Below are positions 37,001 through 52,000 of a stretch of 64,000 nt of DNA, one piece after another. The translations under genes were made by a program, and so were the position numbers. The stretch comes from Ministeria vibrans ATCC 50519 (taxonomy: Eukaryota; Protista; Filasterea), in NCBI GenBank assembly GCA_943704425.1, contig CALSCP010002427.1, positions 8,718 to 72,717 of the forward strand, written 5' to 3'. The notes beneath the pieces are model-generated. The model saw nothing but the letters and a program-made list of their open reading frames with translations, made no database searches and was not told the origin of the DNA. The first letter of the stretch is position 1. Each line of letters opens with the position of its first letter.

Positions 37001-40000
37001 GAGAGCCGCCACTACCACCGCCCGCATCGGCCGCACTGCCGTCAGCCGCGGCCGCCGTCACCGTGCCGTCCACCGTGACCGAACCCGACGCAGTCACACT
37101 CAGCATGCCACCGCCAGCGCCACCAAGGGCACCGCCAGCCGCGTTGCCTCCGCCACTTCCCGCATCCACGGGCACAAACACATCGCCATAGGCGGCAGCG
37201 CCTCCAGCATGTGACGCACCACCACCGCCATTGGAGCCCGCACCGCTGCCCAACTCGGCGGCCGGGCCAAGCTCCGCCGCGCTGAGTGTGGCACCCGAAC
37301 GCACCGCCAGACTGTCGGTGAACAGAGTCGCCTCGGCCGTGACAAAGCGCGAAAGGTAATTCAACGTGGTCGACGTGCCCACCACAAGGCTGGTCGCCTG
37401 ATAGGTGATTGTCGAGCCTTCGCGTGCCAAAAACGCATTGAAGACTAGTTCGCCGCGTGGCGACGCCGCTGCATACACTCCCTCGACAATCTGAGCAGTG
37501 CGTGCGGTCGACGCCACCGCCAGAGTACGCCATGTGGCCACCGTAAAGTCGTGAACGCCACTCATGGTTCCCGCCAGGGTAAAGGACGCGCCCGTAATCG
37601 TGGTGGTCGCCGGGAAGCGCACCTCCGCATCCTCGTCAACGACAAACGACGCGGGAATGCGCGATATGCGCGTCGTCGACTCTGTCGTGTCCACATTCAC
37701 CACAACATTGTTCAGAACGTGTACGGTGCCGCTCATGTCGCCCATCAAGCTTGAAATGCTCATGGCGTTGTCCACGGATGCCGTCGCGTTGACGGCAACA
37801 ACCGGCGCGGTGGGGCCCGACAGTTGCTCCAGCTGCAGCTGCGCCAGGCCATTAAGGTGCAGCTGCGACAGTTGAACGGTCGTTGCGTTGCTAATAATCG
37901 TGCGGCGACTCGTCGCCAGACCAGCATTGTCTACGTGAAGCACCGACTCGACAACAGCACCGGTGCGCGTCTGTTGGTAGCCCGTGCCTGAAGCACCTGG
38001 TGTCGCGCTCGCCGTGCCGCCGTGCACCACAAACGTACCACTCCACGCGGGAGCCGAACCGTCGAGAACCACCGCCGCTCGGCCACCCGAACCACCGCCA
38101 CCCGTGCCGTCTCCAGCGCCTCCTGTCACACTCACAACGCCCGTGCCGCTCAGCGCGTCGCTACACACAATATAGACACTGCCACCAGAGCCACCGCCGT
38201 TGTTCGACGTGGCGCTGGCGGCCTCTCCGTCACTCGACACCTTGCCGTCGAGCACAAGGGTTTCGGCGCTCACCGAGAGTACACCTCCTGCACGCCCTGC
38301 GCCTATACCCCCGCTACCGTCGCTGCCGTGGCTGACGGGTGCCGTAAACGACCCATACGGTTCGTCCGTCAGCGACTGTCCGCCATACGCTCCGCCCGTC
38401 GTCACACCATTGCCCAGACCGGTCGCCGAGATCTCACCGGAAGGATCTACCTGAAGCGCCACAACGCCAAGCGAGAGCCAGGGCGACACAATGGCACCGC
38501 CGTAGCGCACGCGCGTGTACACCGAGTCAAGAATCATCGCCTCGACCGTGCCACTCTCAAAGGTCACCACGCCACCGTCGCCCACGAGGAGCGTCGGCAT
38601 CTTGATCGAACCCACCGCCTGCGTGACGGCCGTTGACGCCGTGCGCGCCGTCGCCTCAAACAGCACCTCGGCCCCACCATCGACATCAATCGAGTTGACG
38701 CCACGCATCATGCCGCCCAGTGAAAAGGCAGGTGCAGGCGTGCGGCGTACATGGAGTGCCGGCGGAAGGAATACCACAGACTCGGCAGCAATGCGAATGG
38801 CACACGGCAGCGCGAATGCCACACTCGTGTCCACGCCTCCAGTCACTTGAAGAGCCACCGTTTGGTTGGTCGGGACGAACAAGACACCGCTGTAGTCGCC
38901 GGTCAGCTCGGAAATGGACGTCGAGGCCAACACGTACGGCACAGGAATCACCGTCACATGCGAGCCACCACGAATGTCGACGCGGCCCAAGTCAAGCACG
39001 TCGTCACCCGAGGCTGGCAAGAGCACGGTCGCAGCGGAAGTACTTGTACCAGCGTTATTGATGAACACTCGCTGTACCGTGCTGCCATCCGTCGTCTGAA
39101 AGCGCTCATAGGCGGTGCCCGATGCACCCGCTTCATTGCCACTCGCACCGCCTCGCACGTCAAGAGCCCCCACAAAGGTCGTCGACGAAAAGGGTGTCAC
39201 CATCGCAACGCGACCACCGCTGCCACCACCGCCGTTCGCACCATCACCTGCACCGCCACGTGCCACCACACGTCCGTTGCCGGACATGCCACCGGCACTC
39301 ACGTACACACTGCCGCCACTTGCGCCGCCGCCGTTGTTCGTACCATCCGCACCGTCCGCATTAAGTTCGCCGTCAATGCGAACGTCGCCTCCGGCGCTCA
39401 CAAAAATAACACCTCCTCCAATCGCACCGGTAGCACCCGAGCCCACGCCGCCGGGACTGCCAGGCACCAAAGGCGTCAAAATGTTGCCATGACCTGCTCC
39501 ACCTAAACCGCCCACACCGGCGCCGCCTTGGCCGCCGTGCGCTCCACCGCCGCCCCCAGACACAGCGTCGGCGCCCGCGCCGTACGCACTCGTGGCTCCA
39601 CGTCCTGCCACGGTCACCGTTGCATCCGATTCAATCGTCAGCGTCAACACGTTCACCTCGATCAAGTCACCGGATACCACGGCACCCGTCTGGACCACCA
39701 GAGACGTGCCCGTCAGCGTCGCATTGCTCATCAGACTCACTTGTGCACCACCCGCAACCGTCAGCGACGAAAAAGCAAAAGCAGTTGCCGCGTCACCGCC
39801 AATCAGGTAGGCATTCACACGTCCGGGTGTCGTGAGCGACATGCTCACAGCTTCGCCAACGGTCAGCACCGACGGCACAATCAGGTCACCCCGAATGTCG
39901 TAGCCGGCACTCGAGGCGAGCGTGAGTGACACCCCCACCGACAACAAATTGGCCGTGGAGCCGTCGGGAATGGTCAGTCCACAGGTCATTTCGCTTGTGG

Positions 40001-43000
40001 CCGCCGTCATCGCCGACACCGTAAAGGTCTGCTGCAAAGCGCTCAGCGTTACGCGACAGCTGCGCTCGTCGGCATACAGCTGTTGAGCCGTCACCGACGA
40101 TACAATGTCGCCCAACACGATGCGTGCACCGCCCACCAATGACAGGGTCGTCAACACAAGGTCGCCGCCGAAAAAGTCCACAACAGTCGAGCCAACCGCA
40201 AGACTGTCGGCATTGTCGACATACAACGTCTTGATGCCCTCCTGTTGTTTCTCCACAAAAACGGTACCGCCCGCACCGTAGACGTAGCCTTCGCCACCCT
40301 CGGCAAGAATCGAGCCGGTAAAGAGGTACGACTCGGCAACGTTGATGTTGGCGCGACCACCGCCACCACCGCCACCCAGACCCGCGGCATTTCCACCACG
40401 CACATCCAGTTGTCCGCCTCCCGCAAGTGTCACTGTCTGTACCGTCAGCGACCCACCCGCACCACCACCGCTGTTCGACGTCCCCTCGCCGCCGCGCACG
40501 TCAATCACACCGTCCACATAGAGACGCACGAAAATCGACAGACGAATCTGTCCACCGCCACGTCCACCGTTAGCACCGCCGCCGTGACCTCCGTAGCCCA
40601 GCGGTTCGTTGATCGTGCCAAACGAAACGCCTCCCACTAAAGCATCGGCGCCAGCACCACCTTCGCCACCGTGACCACCGCCCGAGCCCGACAGTGTCGA
40701 CGCAACACCATCGCCGGCAGACACCACCGGTGAGCCAAGTTGACGGCCTTCAATAATTACCTGACCACCATCGAGAACCACAATCTCTTCGGCGGTCACG
40801 ACAGTGTCGACCGTGCCCGTCGTGTCGCCAAGGAACGTCAAAGTCGCTCCGTCACGCACCAGAATCATGTTGAAATCATAGCTCTTTGCCACAAGAAAAC
40901 AACTTTCGCCGGCCGTCAACTCGAGCTCCAACGAGTCCTCCCCATTCGGGCACTCCACCCCCGACAAAAAGCTCGCGTACACATGCGGCGTTGGGTCGCC
41001 AATTGTCGAATTGAGTGCGGCCACAACTGTCGCCGTGATCGTCACGGTCGACGCCGCCTGAAGAGTGTCCACCTCGAGAGTGACCGGTCCCGGCGAGGCA
41101 AGCAGCGATGTCGTTGAGTTCGCCAAAACACTTGCAAAGGCAAACGTGCCTGCCGACGCGCCGCTCGTATGTGCCGTCGTGCCCATCGACAGCGTCGCGC
41201 CATGCTGTAGCACCACGTCGTTCACACCCGACAGTGCTGCGCTGCGATCCACCGACAACACAAGCCGTTCGCCGCGCAGCGTCAGAGCCGCCGCGAGAGA
41301 CACCGTCGCCGTGTCGTACGCGTACACCGAGAACGGCAGCGTCAACGGATCGCCCGTGCCCAACGTGGCCGACTGCTCGCCGAGCAAGTGCAACGCTCCT
41401 TCGCCCGCACTGCCGCTCACTGTCGTCGCCGAAAACACCGCAGTTCCATTCAGCGCGTCTCCCTCGACCACGAGATGGCCGCGAACGTCCAGCGTACCAA
41501 ATGCAACGACGGGACGCAATGGGTCAAATGGGAACCAGGCGCGGGCACTGTCGGTCGTGACGGCAAGCGCAGCATTCACAACAATAGCCGTCGAACTGGG
41601 CCGCGCACGTCCATTGTCCACAACCAGTCGTCGCCCAGCGTCACCGGCACCCTTCACCTGTTGCAAGACGAGTCCCGGCCCGCCCGTCTCTACGCGACTC
41701 GCGCCGCCCACCGACACAAACTCGACGGCCCACTCAGTGGCAAGTGCCGTGTCCGTCTCGACATAGATGAGACCGCCGCCACCGCCACCGCCGCCAGCAT
41801 CGAATACCGTCTCGTTGATGAAGCCGCTGCCGCCACTGGCATCAACATGTCCTCGTCCGCTCATGGACGCAGCCGAAATCTGAATGGATCCGCCACTGCC
41901 ACCACCGCCGCCAGAGGCAAGCGCCGCTTCGCCCACCGCCGAAATGCGTCCGTTCACGGCAATGTCACCACCGGCCACAATTGACAGGTAGCCGCCGCCC
42001 GCACCGCCAACCAGAGAGCCGCCGCCGCCGCCACTGCCAAACGCCACGGGCGCAAACACGTCGCCATAGGGTTCGCCGTGAACGCTCGTTCCACTACCCG
42101 CGCCACCCACACCACCGTGCGAGCCCCCCGAGCTGCCCAGCACGTCGGTCACACCTGCACCGACACCCACGCCCGCAAGCTCGCCACCGCCGTCCACGGA
42201 AATGGACGCCGAGGCAGCAACGCTAACACTGAGGGCACTCGCAATAGTCAGACGGCGACCCACAATGCGCGACTCGACTGCAAGCGACGTCACGTCTAGA
42301 GTGTACTCACTCTCCGTACGGTTCATGGTCAGCACCGAGTCGCCCTCGACGCTGAGCGATTCAAACGCAACGCGAGCTGCAACTGCCGACGTCAGCAGTG
42401 GCGCCACAGCGCCCGACGGGCCCACGTCCACATGGGAGTTTTCCATCGTTAGATTTTGTGCGCCCACCACCGTGCCGTCTATCACACTCACATGGTCGAG
42501 TAAACGTACGTCGTTCGGACAGTAAAATACACCATTCGACTCGACTGTCATGGCCACCGGCAGGTAGAGCGAAGTTTCCAGCGAGCTCAGCACGCGTGCA
42601 ATATCGGGCTGGAACAAGAAGAAACTCGACGAGAAGGAGGTAAAGGCGGACACAAATATGCGCGCACTGTTGTCGCCTGACAGTTGCGTCGCGACCAGCG
42701 TGGCATTGTCGCTGCCCAAATTCAGCTGTGCGGCGCCCGTCATGTTCACCAGCGCAAACGTGTGGCTGGTCGACGACGTGCCCAACAGCGTTTGCGACTC
42801 GGTCAACACGCCCGCATTGTCCACCATCAACACCTGATCCTCTTGGTTGGGTCCGAGCGTGTCGCGCGTAAACACCGTGCCTGAGGCACCGCCCAGCACA
42901 CCGCTGCCGCCCGACGTGCGGAACGGACCCGAATACGTGTTGGTGACAAAGTGCATCGAGATACGTCCGCCTCCTCCACCATTGCCCACCAGGCTTTCAC

Positions 43001-46000
43001 CCGCGCCTCCTGTCACGTGCACACCGCCTTGGCCACTCAGCAGATAGGTCTCGACAAAAATAGAGCCGCCCGAGCCTCCACCACCCGTCACGGCGTTCGC
43101 TCCTACGCTCAACATGTCTCCCTCAATGTTCACTTCTGTCGTGGCGCGCACGTCAATCACTCCGCCAGCGCGTGCCGCGCCTCCACCACCTCGACTGCCC
43201 ACTTCGAGAGCATAGTCAAGTGATCCGTACGCACGCGAAATGCCCACTCCGCCACCAGCACCGCCGTAGCTACCGCCATCGTTGGCACCCACACCGTCAC
43301 CCTGGCCACTGATGTCACCCGCAAGGGCCGTCAGTGTCGCACTGCGCTCGACAAACAGCGAGTCGACATCGAGACGCAGCAAATTCGCTTCGAGTGCGCC
43401 GCCCGTCGATACGTTCACAGTTGAAGCAACAAGTCCCAAAAACGTGTAGGTGTCTTCGCTGTCAAACACAAGATGACCTCCGCCGCCAACCGTGAGCTGT
43501 TGCACTCCTTGAATTTGAGTCAAGGTATGCCAGCTTCGGTCCACCATGGAGCGCACACGGAACATTCCGCCGGCTCCAATAGTGGCGTTAGCAATCGAGC
43601 CGACATAGCCACTCACGTCGATGGTCACGTCAGTGTAGGTGAACACTGGCGGAAAGGCTGTCTCGCTGCCACGGTACGCGTACACCGACGACGCCAGTGT
43701 GGCCGAACCCTCAAGGCCAATGGAAAAGGCGACACCCTCGCGAATGTGCACACCTCCAGTCCGGTCGCCATCGAGGCTCGCCGTCGACACACTCGCGTTG
43801 ACACCGCCCATCGGCAGGAACACCACATGACCACCGCCGCTCAGCAGCAGGTCGCTGAAGGCATACGAACTGGCATCCAGCACCCACGCGTGTCCCGTGC
43901 CAATCGTAGACAGGTCCGTGAGCGCACCCTGCGACGCATCCGACAGTCGCACCGTCGATGGTGCGGCGCCGTCGTTGTCGACAAGCAGACGAACCAGAGT
44001 CCCATTGACAATGTACGCCGTGCCCGGTGCCCCGCTCGCCGCCACACCGGCACCGCCGCGTGCATACAAGCTAATGGTCGCGGCCGTCTCGGTGGTCGTC
44101 ACGAGCGCCACGCGACCGCCCGCACCGCCGTGAGCGCCCGACAGCACACCCACACCGCCATTGGCACTGAGCGTTCCATTGCCCACCACCTGTGCACCGA
44201 CATTCACATAAACAGACCCGCCTGCACCGCCACCGCCCGATGCACCATCCGCACCCGTCGCAGTCACGTTGCCCTCAAGCACTAGCACGCCCGTCACTTC
44301 AATACTAATGACACCGCCACCAGCGGCATCGCCACCACCACTGCCCGCCAACACAGGATGCGCCAAGGAACCATAAGGCTCGCCACCCGATCCCGACTTG
44401 CCACCATGACTACCACCTCCTTGAGCGGTGGTGGCCGCGCCGGGTCCGCTCATGGCTGCAAAGCCGCCCTCATTCGCATGAATCAAGCCACCCTCTTCAA
44501 GCGTCAAGTTTGCTGTTGTAAGCGAGAGCGAATCTGCCGTCACAATGCCGCCACCGCGCACCGTCACGTCCGTGCTCACCGCCAACGTCATTGCGTTGCC
44601 CGACACAGAGCCACCATTGTTCACCAGCAGTGTGTCCAGTACAATCTTGCCGGTGGTCGTTGTATCCGACGGCGCTGTTGCTGTGTCGCCCACCACCAGT
44701 GAACCACTCTGCTCGACTGTGAGCTCGCGAAGGCCGTCAAGCGAGCCAGCAACGTTCAACGACGTGCCGCGAACTGTCACTGTTGTCGGTAGAATTGCCG
44801 ATCCATTCACGTACACCACCAAAGAGGCGCCCAGAGGCGATTGAACCGAGTGAATCTCGACCGACTGGGTGGCGTCTACGTGCAGAGCACCCGTACCGTC
44901 GCCCACAAGCGATACATTTAAAGCACCCGAGCCGCGCAACAGCAAATGCCCGTTGCGCAGCAGGACAATCTCATCAAAGCCCGTGTGCGTGCTGGGCACG
45001 TCGAGCCAAGTACGTGTCGTGTCCTGCGACAGGGGCGACCGCACCAACTCAAAGAACATGTCATGATTGGCATTGTCAACGGTGAGCGTACGATGCGTGC
45101 CATTCAGCTTCATGAGAGTGCCCGCTCCGCCCGGCTGCGCAATGCCAAAGGCACCCGACGATCCGCCGTTTGCAAGCCAGTCGCCAGAGAAACCGCTGCC
45201 TGAAGCTGAAAAACGTGCACTTACACGTCCACCACTGCCACCACCGCCACCAACGAGCGTCGAGCCTCCAAGACTCGCGCCATTCGCACCGCGCGCCCGA
45301 ATCGTACCCTGTCCCGTCAGCGAACCCGCCGACACATCAATAAAAATCGAACCGCCCGCACCTCCACCACCGCCCGTCTGCGACACGGCATCTGCGCCGT
45401 CCGCATTCACAACACCATCAATGTGCACCAGCGTCGTCGCTGTCAGGCGAAGCACACCGCCGCCAGCACCACCGCCACGATCGTTGGCGCCTCCCGACCC
45501 TCCGCAACCGCCAGGCAAAATGGTTTCTTCACTGTCGCCAAAGGGTGTCGCTGTCGTAGACGTTGCAGGCGTGCTCACACCTCCACTACCACCATGACTG
45601 CCGCCACTGCCACCACCCGAACCATTCGAAACACCAAGACCGTCGCGTGTGGCATTACATGCACCATGCAGTCCGTTTGCTGTCGTGTCCGTCACACCCG
45701 CCACACTCACCAGGGCACCCTCGTCAATCGTAATGGTTGGCGAACTCACGTGAACGTTTGAGCCAGCCAGACTGCTGCCGCCCGAAAGTGACACGCTGCT
45801 CGACGCAAGCACGGTCAGTCGCGTCGCGTCGCCAACCACACCGGTCGACATCATCGAGCCCGTGTCGATGGCCAACGACGACAACGACCATGTGCCCGCT
45901 GGCGATGCGTCACCCACACGTGATTCGACACCGGCAATAAGCGTGCCCAGCGGTGCCACTGTGATGTCAGTCACGCCCGTGATGGTCCCATTGTTTGCCA

Positions 46001-49000
46001 ACGTCACATTGAGCACCGTGGTCGCGGCGGGAGCAGCCAGCGTCGCTCCAGTCGTGACATACGCGCTCGCGGGCAACGCGCCACTCGTCACCTCCCAATT
46101 CCCACTGCTACTACTGCTGTACGCCGTGATGGTGGCTGTCGAACTGGGGCCCACGTGAAGAGCACCACTCGTATCACCAAGCAGTGTGTTCATTGTCAAA
46201 TCCGCAGGAGCATCGTCGAGAACAGCCACATGAGCTCCGCCCGTCACCGCAAGCACGTCCACATCGACAGCGCCTCCATCAAACATCGAGGCAGACAGCC
46301 AAGTACGTGCAGCGTCCGACAGCACATCGATGGCCGAGTGCGACGCCGTCGTGCGCGAGCCAAAATATATCTCGACCTGTCCGACCGAAACAAAAGTGCC
46401 GGCGTTCGCACTCGTCAGCGCCAGCGTCACATTGTCGACACGTCGATCAATGGTCACATCAAAGAAATCGCCATTGACGCAGTCGGTGTTCGCAATGGGC
46501 GATGGCACCTCGTGCGAGTGAGCCGTCACCAAGCCGTCGTAAGATGAACTCACGGCAAACGTGGTTTCGTACGTCGCAGCGCCGCACACGGGGAAAATTC
46601 GCACGCGCGACACAAGGGACGCGCGCGGAAGGCTCACAAGAAGCGTGCCAGTGGCTTCCTCGAGCGCAAGTGCCGTCATCGCGCCCACCACGCTCGTCAC
46701 TGCATTTTCAACACCACCCACGGTGGTCACGTTGTCGACAATGTCCGCCATCTCGCGAACCGTTCCCGAAATCACACGGAGCACAACGCCGTTGGGGGCC
46801 GTGTACTGCAACAGGCTCGCTGCCACACCATTTTCAAGTTGCCACAATTCATCGGGCAGAACACGCTCGGTGCTGGGCAGACGCTGCCCATTGTCCAACG
46901 TCAACGACCGAGTGCCGTTCCCAGTGCGATACACAGTCCCGGCTGCACCAGGCTCGCGCGTACTCTCACCGCCTTGCGCCAACAGATGCCCATGGAACAG
47001 TGACTGGTCGTTAGCATCGACACAAATGCGTCCGCCACCGCCACCACCACCGCCGCTTGCGCCACCTGCACCACCGGTCACACGTACGGTACCTGCTCCG
47101 CCAAACGATGGCGTCACAATCCACACTGAGCCACCCGAGGCGCCGCCACCCAACGCCGATGTCGCCGACGCACCTCTCGCGTCGACGAGCCCCTCAAGGG
47201 TCATCTTGTTTGCAGCCGCAACCTTAAGGATGCCAGCTATGGCCGGCGAAGGAGTGGTCACACCGCCGGGCGAACCATAGGCACTTGGCGACGTCACGCT
47301 GCCGTAAGCCAACGGAGCGTACTGACGCGTGTCGCTGCGTCCTCCTGCGCCACCATGCGAACCGCCGGTGGCCGCACCAATACCGCCGTCCGTGGTCAAA
47401 TCAAAGCCTGCTCCCGAAAAATTGGAAGCAACAAAGTCACTAAAGGAGGCCGAAGGTACAGACAACGTGACGGTCGCGCCCGCGTGAACAATCACTTCGT
47501 CCACATCGACAAACAGAGACGAGGCAGTCACCGCGCCGCCACCATCCACCTCAAAAGTAGTGCCGCGCAAAGTGCGCGTGCGCAAAGCATTGCGCGAATT
47601 CAGCAACCCACCGCTGCGCACGCGCATCGTGGTAAAAGTTAGTTCCTCGGTAGGGGCGCCCGACGCGTCAATCATTTCGTTCAGGTGTATCTCGGCAGCA
47701 GTGCCACCCACAACGAGGTTGTCCACCCCACTGAGGCGACCGTCAAACGTCGCCACAACCGAGCGCACCGCCATGGTATTGGGCATGACCGCTTCGCCTT
47801 GCTCGTACACATGCAAGTGTGCCGGAACCGTTGACGTGCTCGTCGTCAACATTTGAGTCGGTCCCACATGTAGTTTGCCCGTCAAATCACCAAAGATCTG
47901 CTGGCACACGGCCGCTGCATTCACCGTGTCCATGCCAAAGCGAACGTGTGCGCCTCCATACACATGCAACTCGGTAATATTCACCGAGCCCACCAGCATG
48001 GTGCGCGCCTCGTCACTCGCCACATCGTTGTACGTGCCAAGCGTAATGATGGAGGTGGCCACCGCAGTGGCAGCACCCTCATTGTTCACGTACACACTCA
48101 TGTTTGTACCACTAGCAGCCGCCACCGTCACCGTGCCCGCCGCGCCAGACTCGGTCACACCGCTGCCACCCACGGCGGCAAATCGACCTGAGAATTCAAC
48201 GCTACCGCCGTACACCACGGTCGCTCGTCCGCCTGCGCCTCCGCCACCACCCGTCGCAGCATCTCCGGCACCACCCGACACATCCACAAGCGCGCCATAG
48301 TCACCCGCCAACGTTTCACTCACTGTCACGTAGACCATGCCTCCCGAGCCACCGCCTCCAGCAGCACCAGTCGCAGTCCCTCCAACAGCACGAATGGTAC
48401 CATCCAAATTTACACGACGGGCACTCACGGCAATCACTCCACCGCCTGCGCCCGCACCATGCGTCAAAAATACCGCAGCGCCTCCGGTGCTGCCGCTATC
48501 GTTGAGATACAGTGACTGGGCACGAGCAAGCGTGTACGCCGGCGGAACCACACTGCTGAAGCTGTCCCCGTGAGAATATGGCAATCCGCGGACGGCAGTT
48601 CCAGTACCACGTCCACCTGCACCACCGTGACCGGCGCCACTACTGCCACTGGCAGCGGCGGTACCAACACCAAGGCCGCCCGCGGTAACAACCGCGTCGG
48701 CATGCACAACACCACCCGATTCAAGCACCACCGAATCGTGCGACAACAACATGTGGGTGCCCAAAAGCGTGCCGCTGCTCTTCACCAACAGCGACGTGCC
48801 ATTCACGTGGGCAAGTGGAAACGCTTCACTTGTTCGCAACTCGAGCGACGACGACGTACCGACCGTGAGCTCCGACACGCAATAGGGCGACGCCACAGCA
48901 CCCATGTCCAACACGACCGAACAGCTACGGCGCAAATCAAATTGTCGAGTCAATCCCGGCGACACAGTGCCTTCCAGCAGCAACTCGCTGTCGACACACG

Positions 49001-52000
49001 TCAGGCTGTCGTGCACACTCCACGTGGCTCCCGCACTCACATGAATGGAAGCGGTCAGGTTTCTGGTGGCCGCTGTGACATCCAACGTCTGGTTCGCACG
49101 CAACACCCACAGGCCCGTGTAGTCACCGAACCAGGCGCCCGTCAAGGTCACGCCCGCGTGCGAGCCAAACAACAAAGAGGCAGAGCCATTCACGTGGACA
49201 TTGGTCAAAATCAGTGGTTCGCTCACCTCTGCGGGTGTCTGCAAAACCACTGCAGCGCCTTCGTATGCGGTCCAAGCCAACGCCTGTTGCGTGTCAGTTG
49301 GATCTTCCGTCACGTACACTTCTATGCCATTGAGAGCACTGCTCGTGGCACCCGTCTCACGCGCCAGGTGCACGAGCACGTCGTCAACACGCTGGCGCAC
49401 ATACAAAATCTGCGCCTCGCCCTGCGTGCATCCCGTAGTCGTCTGCGCCACAGTCTGTACGTCCGTCTCGACACTGCCAAGCACAACGCTGACGCGAACG
49501 TTCGTGTCGAACAGCAACTCGCACACAGGTGTCACACGCACATGGTCCACATAAAGAGTAGTTGGCAACGCGATTGTGAGCGTCGCGGACGCAGCCGACG
49601 TCGCATACGAGGAGGTGGCATCGCCGCCGGGCGATGCCACATTCGCCAGATTGTTGGCCGTACGGGGTGTGCCAGTCGTCGAGATGACCACGCCGCTTGG
49701 TGCGATGTACGTCGACGAAGTACCCGTGCCTCCACTGCCACTGGTGAGCATCAACGATTGCACCATCGAGATCCTCGGAGACGGCGCCGACGTTGTTTGT
49801 TCGTTGTCGACGCGCAGCTCTGAGCCTGTCGGTGTCGCCTCGTACACCGTTCCCGCACCACCACGCTGGCTTTCGCCGCTGCCGCCACGCGCGCGTGACA
49901 CACCCGCAAACAACGAGCCAGCTTCGCGATGGTACAGCGCGATGCGACCACCGGCACCGCCACCACCGCCACGCGTCGCATCGTCGTAGCCGGCACCACC
50001 GTCAGCGGCAATCACACCACGTCCAGCAATCACATTCGCTTCCATCCACACACTGCCACCGCTTCCGCCACCAGCAAAGTTACCTTGCGCCGCCTCGCCC
50101 CCGCTCGTCACTGTGCCATCCACAGTCAACGTGTTCGTCACGTTCCATCGCAAGCGTCCGCCGCCCGCACCGCCAAGCAGGCCTGCGCCGCCGTTGCCAC
50201 CGCCACTACCAAAGTGCACAGGCATGGTAAAGTCACCGTAGGCAGCGACGCTAAACTCGCGCAAAGCTGCACGTCCACCACGTCCGCCGTGTCCCGCTCC
50301 AGTGCCTCCAGCGGTACCGCCAAGCACATTGGCACTCAGACCGGGAGACATGCCAGAGGCAGCCGCGTCGCCACGCGTCTCGCTTGTCACAAGTCCACCG
50401 CGCGCCACCAAAACGGAGCTAGCGCTCACAAAAAGCGCATTGGCATTCAACTCGCCATTCGCTTTCACTGTCAACGCATCGCCCACGACAAGGTGTACAT
50501 CGGGCTCGTCCACAAGAGTATCCACCGTGATCAGACCACCGCTCTGAATGCTCACCGACTCAAACGTGTATGTACTTGCATTCGTGCCGTAGTCACTTGA
50601 GCGACCCTCCGACGACAAGGTCCACGAACCGGCACTTGCCACGGCAACGTGGGTCACCGCACCGCCCATGATGCCTCGCACGTCCACAAACACACTCGTC
50701 ATGCGCACACTAAGACTCTCGAGCGCCAGCGTCGCCTCGGGGTACACGTACATGTTCAGGGGCAAGTCGTAGTCGTCCGAGAGGGCGCGACTGGCCGGAT
50801 AGCCAAAGGCGGCTACCGGCAGACCATTGTCAACGTACAGGCTCGACACGTGCGGGTAGCCAACGGTCGAAACGGGTGTGTTCGCGTCCACATAGAGCAC
50901 ACTGAAAGTCTGGTTGTAACCCACATGGACCACACCAGTGCGATCGCCATTGAGGAATCTCGCAGCGAGTGTGAGCGACAGCGGCGGCGTCGTGGCCGTC
51001 GACATAAACGCCAGATGGGCATTGCCGCGTACGTCAATCACGTCGTACAGTTGATCCGTCTCGCCTTCGCCAAAGTTGATCCAAGTCACGCCGCTCACAT
51101 CGGTCACGTCGGTGTACACACCATCCGAGATTTCTTGCGTACTCGGCGTCGCACTGCCACCGCCGTCAACAAGAAGATAAGAGACATTGGTGGCTGCCGT
51201 ATTTTGGTACACGGTGCCCGCACCACCATCGTCACTTGCGGTCGAACTGCCGCCCGCCGCCGACAACGTCCCGTTGAATACGGTCCCAGTCAGACGATAC
51301 AGCGCAATACGACCGCCACCTCCGCCGCCGCCGCCAGCGCCCGTGCTGCCTCCACCGCGTGCAGTTATGCTGCCGTAGCCGCTGATGGCGCTGCCACTGA
51401 CAAGCCAAAGCGATCCGCCAGCGCCACCGCCGCCCGTCGACGCGGTCGTACCGCCATCGGCCGTCACAGTACCCTCAATGACAATGGCTTGCGCAGCCGC
51501 AAGATAAAGCGCACCACCGCCACGTCCGCCTCGATCACCGCGAATCGCTGGATACACCAGTCCCTGGTCTGTGCCCGGTCCACCGGGAGAACCCGAAAGT
51601 GTTGGCATGCGCACTGAACCATCAACGCCGCCCACCGTGGTGTGCGTCGTGCCGGCTCCTCCTGTGCCACCATGTCCACCGCCCGACGCACCTTGCGTCG
51701 TGTCGAACACGCCAACACCAGACGTGCCCACAGGCGCGTCAGCATCCAACACATCATAGCCATTTTCAGCAACGGTAAGCACACCGCCGTGTTGCACGTC
51801 AATGGTACCACCGACCGTGGCCGACAAACGACGGGCCGACAACATCCCACCGCTCTCAACCGTGAGGTCGCCCGTGAGAGCCATGGTCACAGTCAGATTA
51901 AGTTGGGGTCGCGTAAACGTCAAATTGCCATTGGCTGCAATCCGAAGCGACGCCAAATCCACTGTGTCGTCCACAGTAGCCCCATTGCCCACACGCGACC

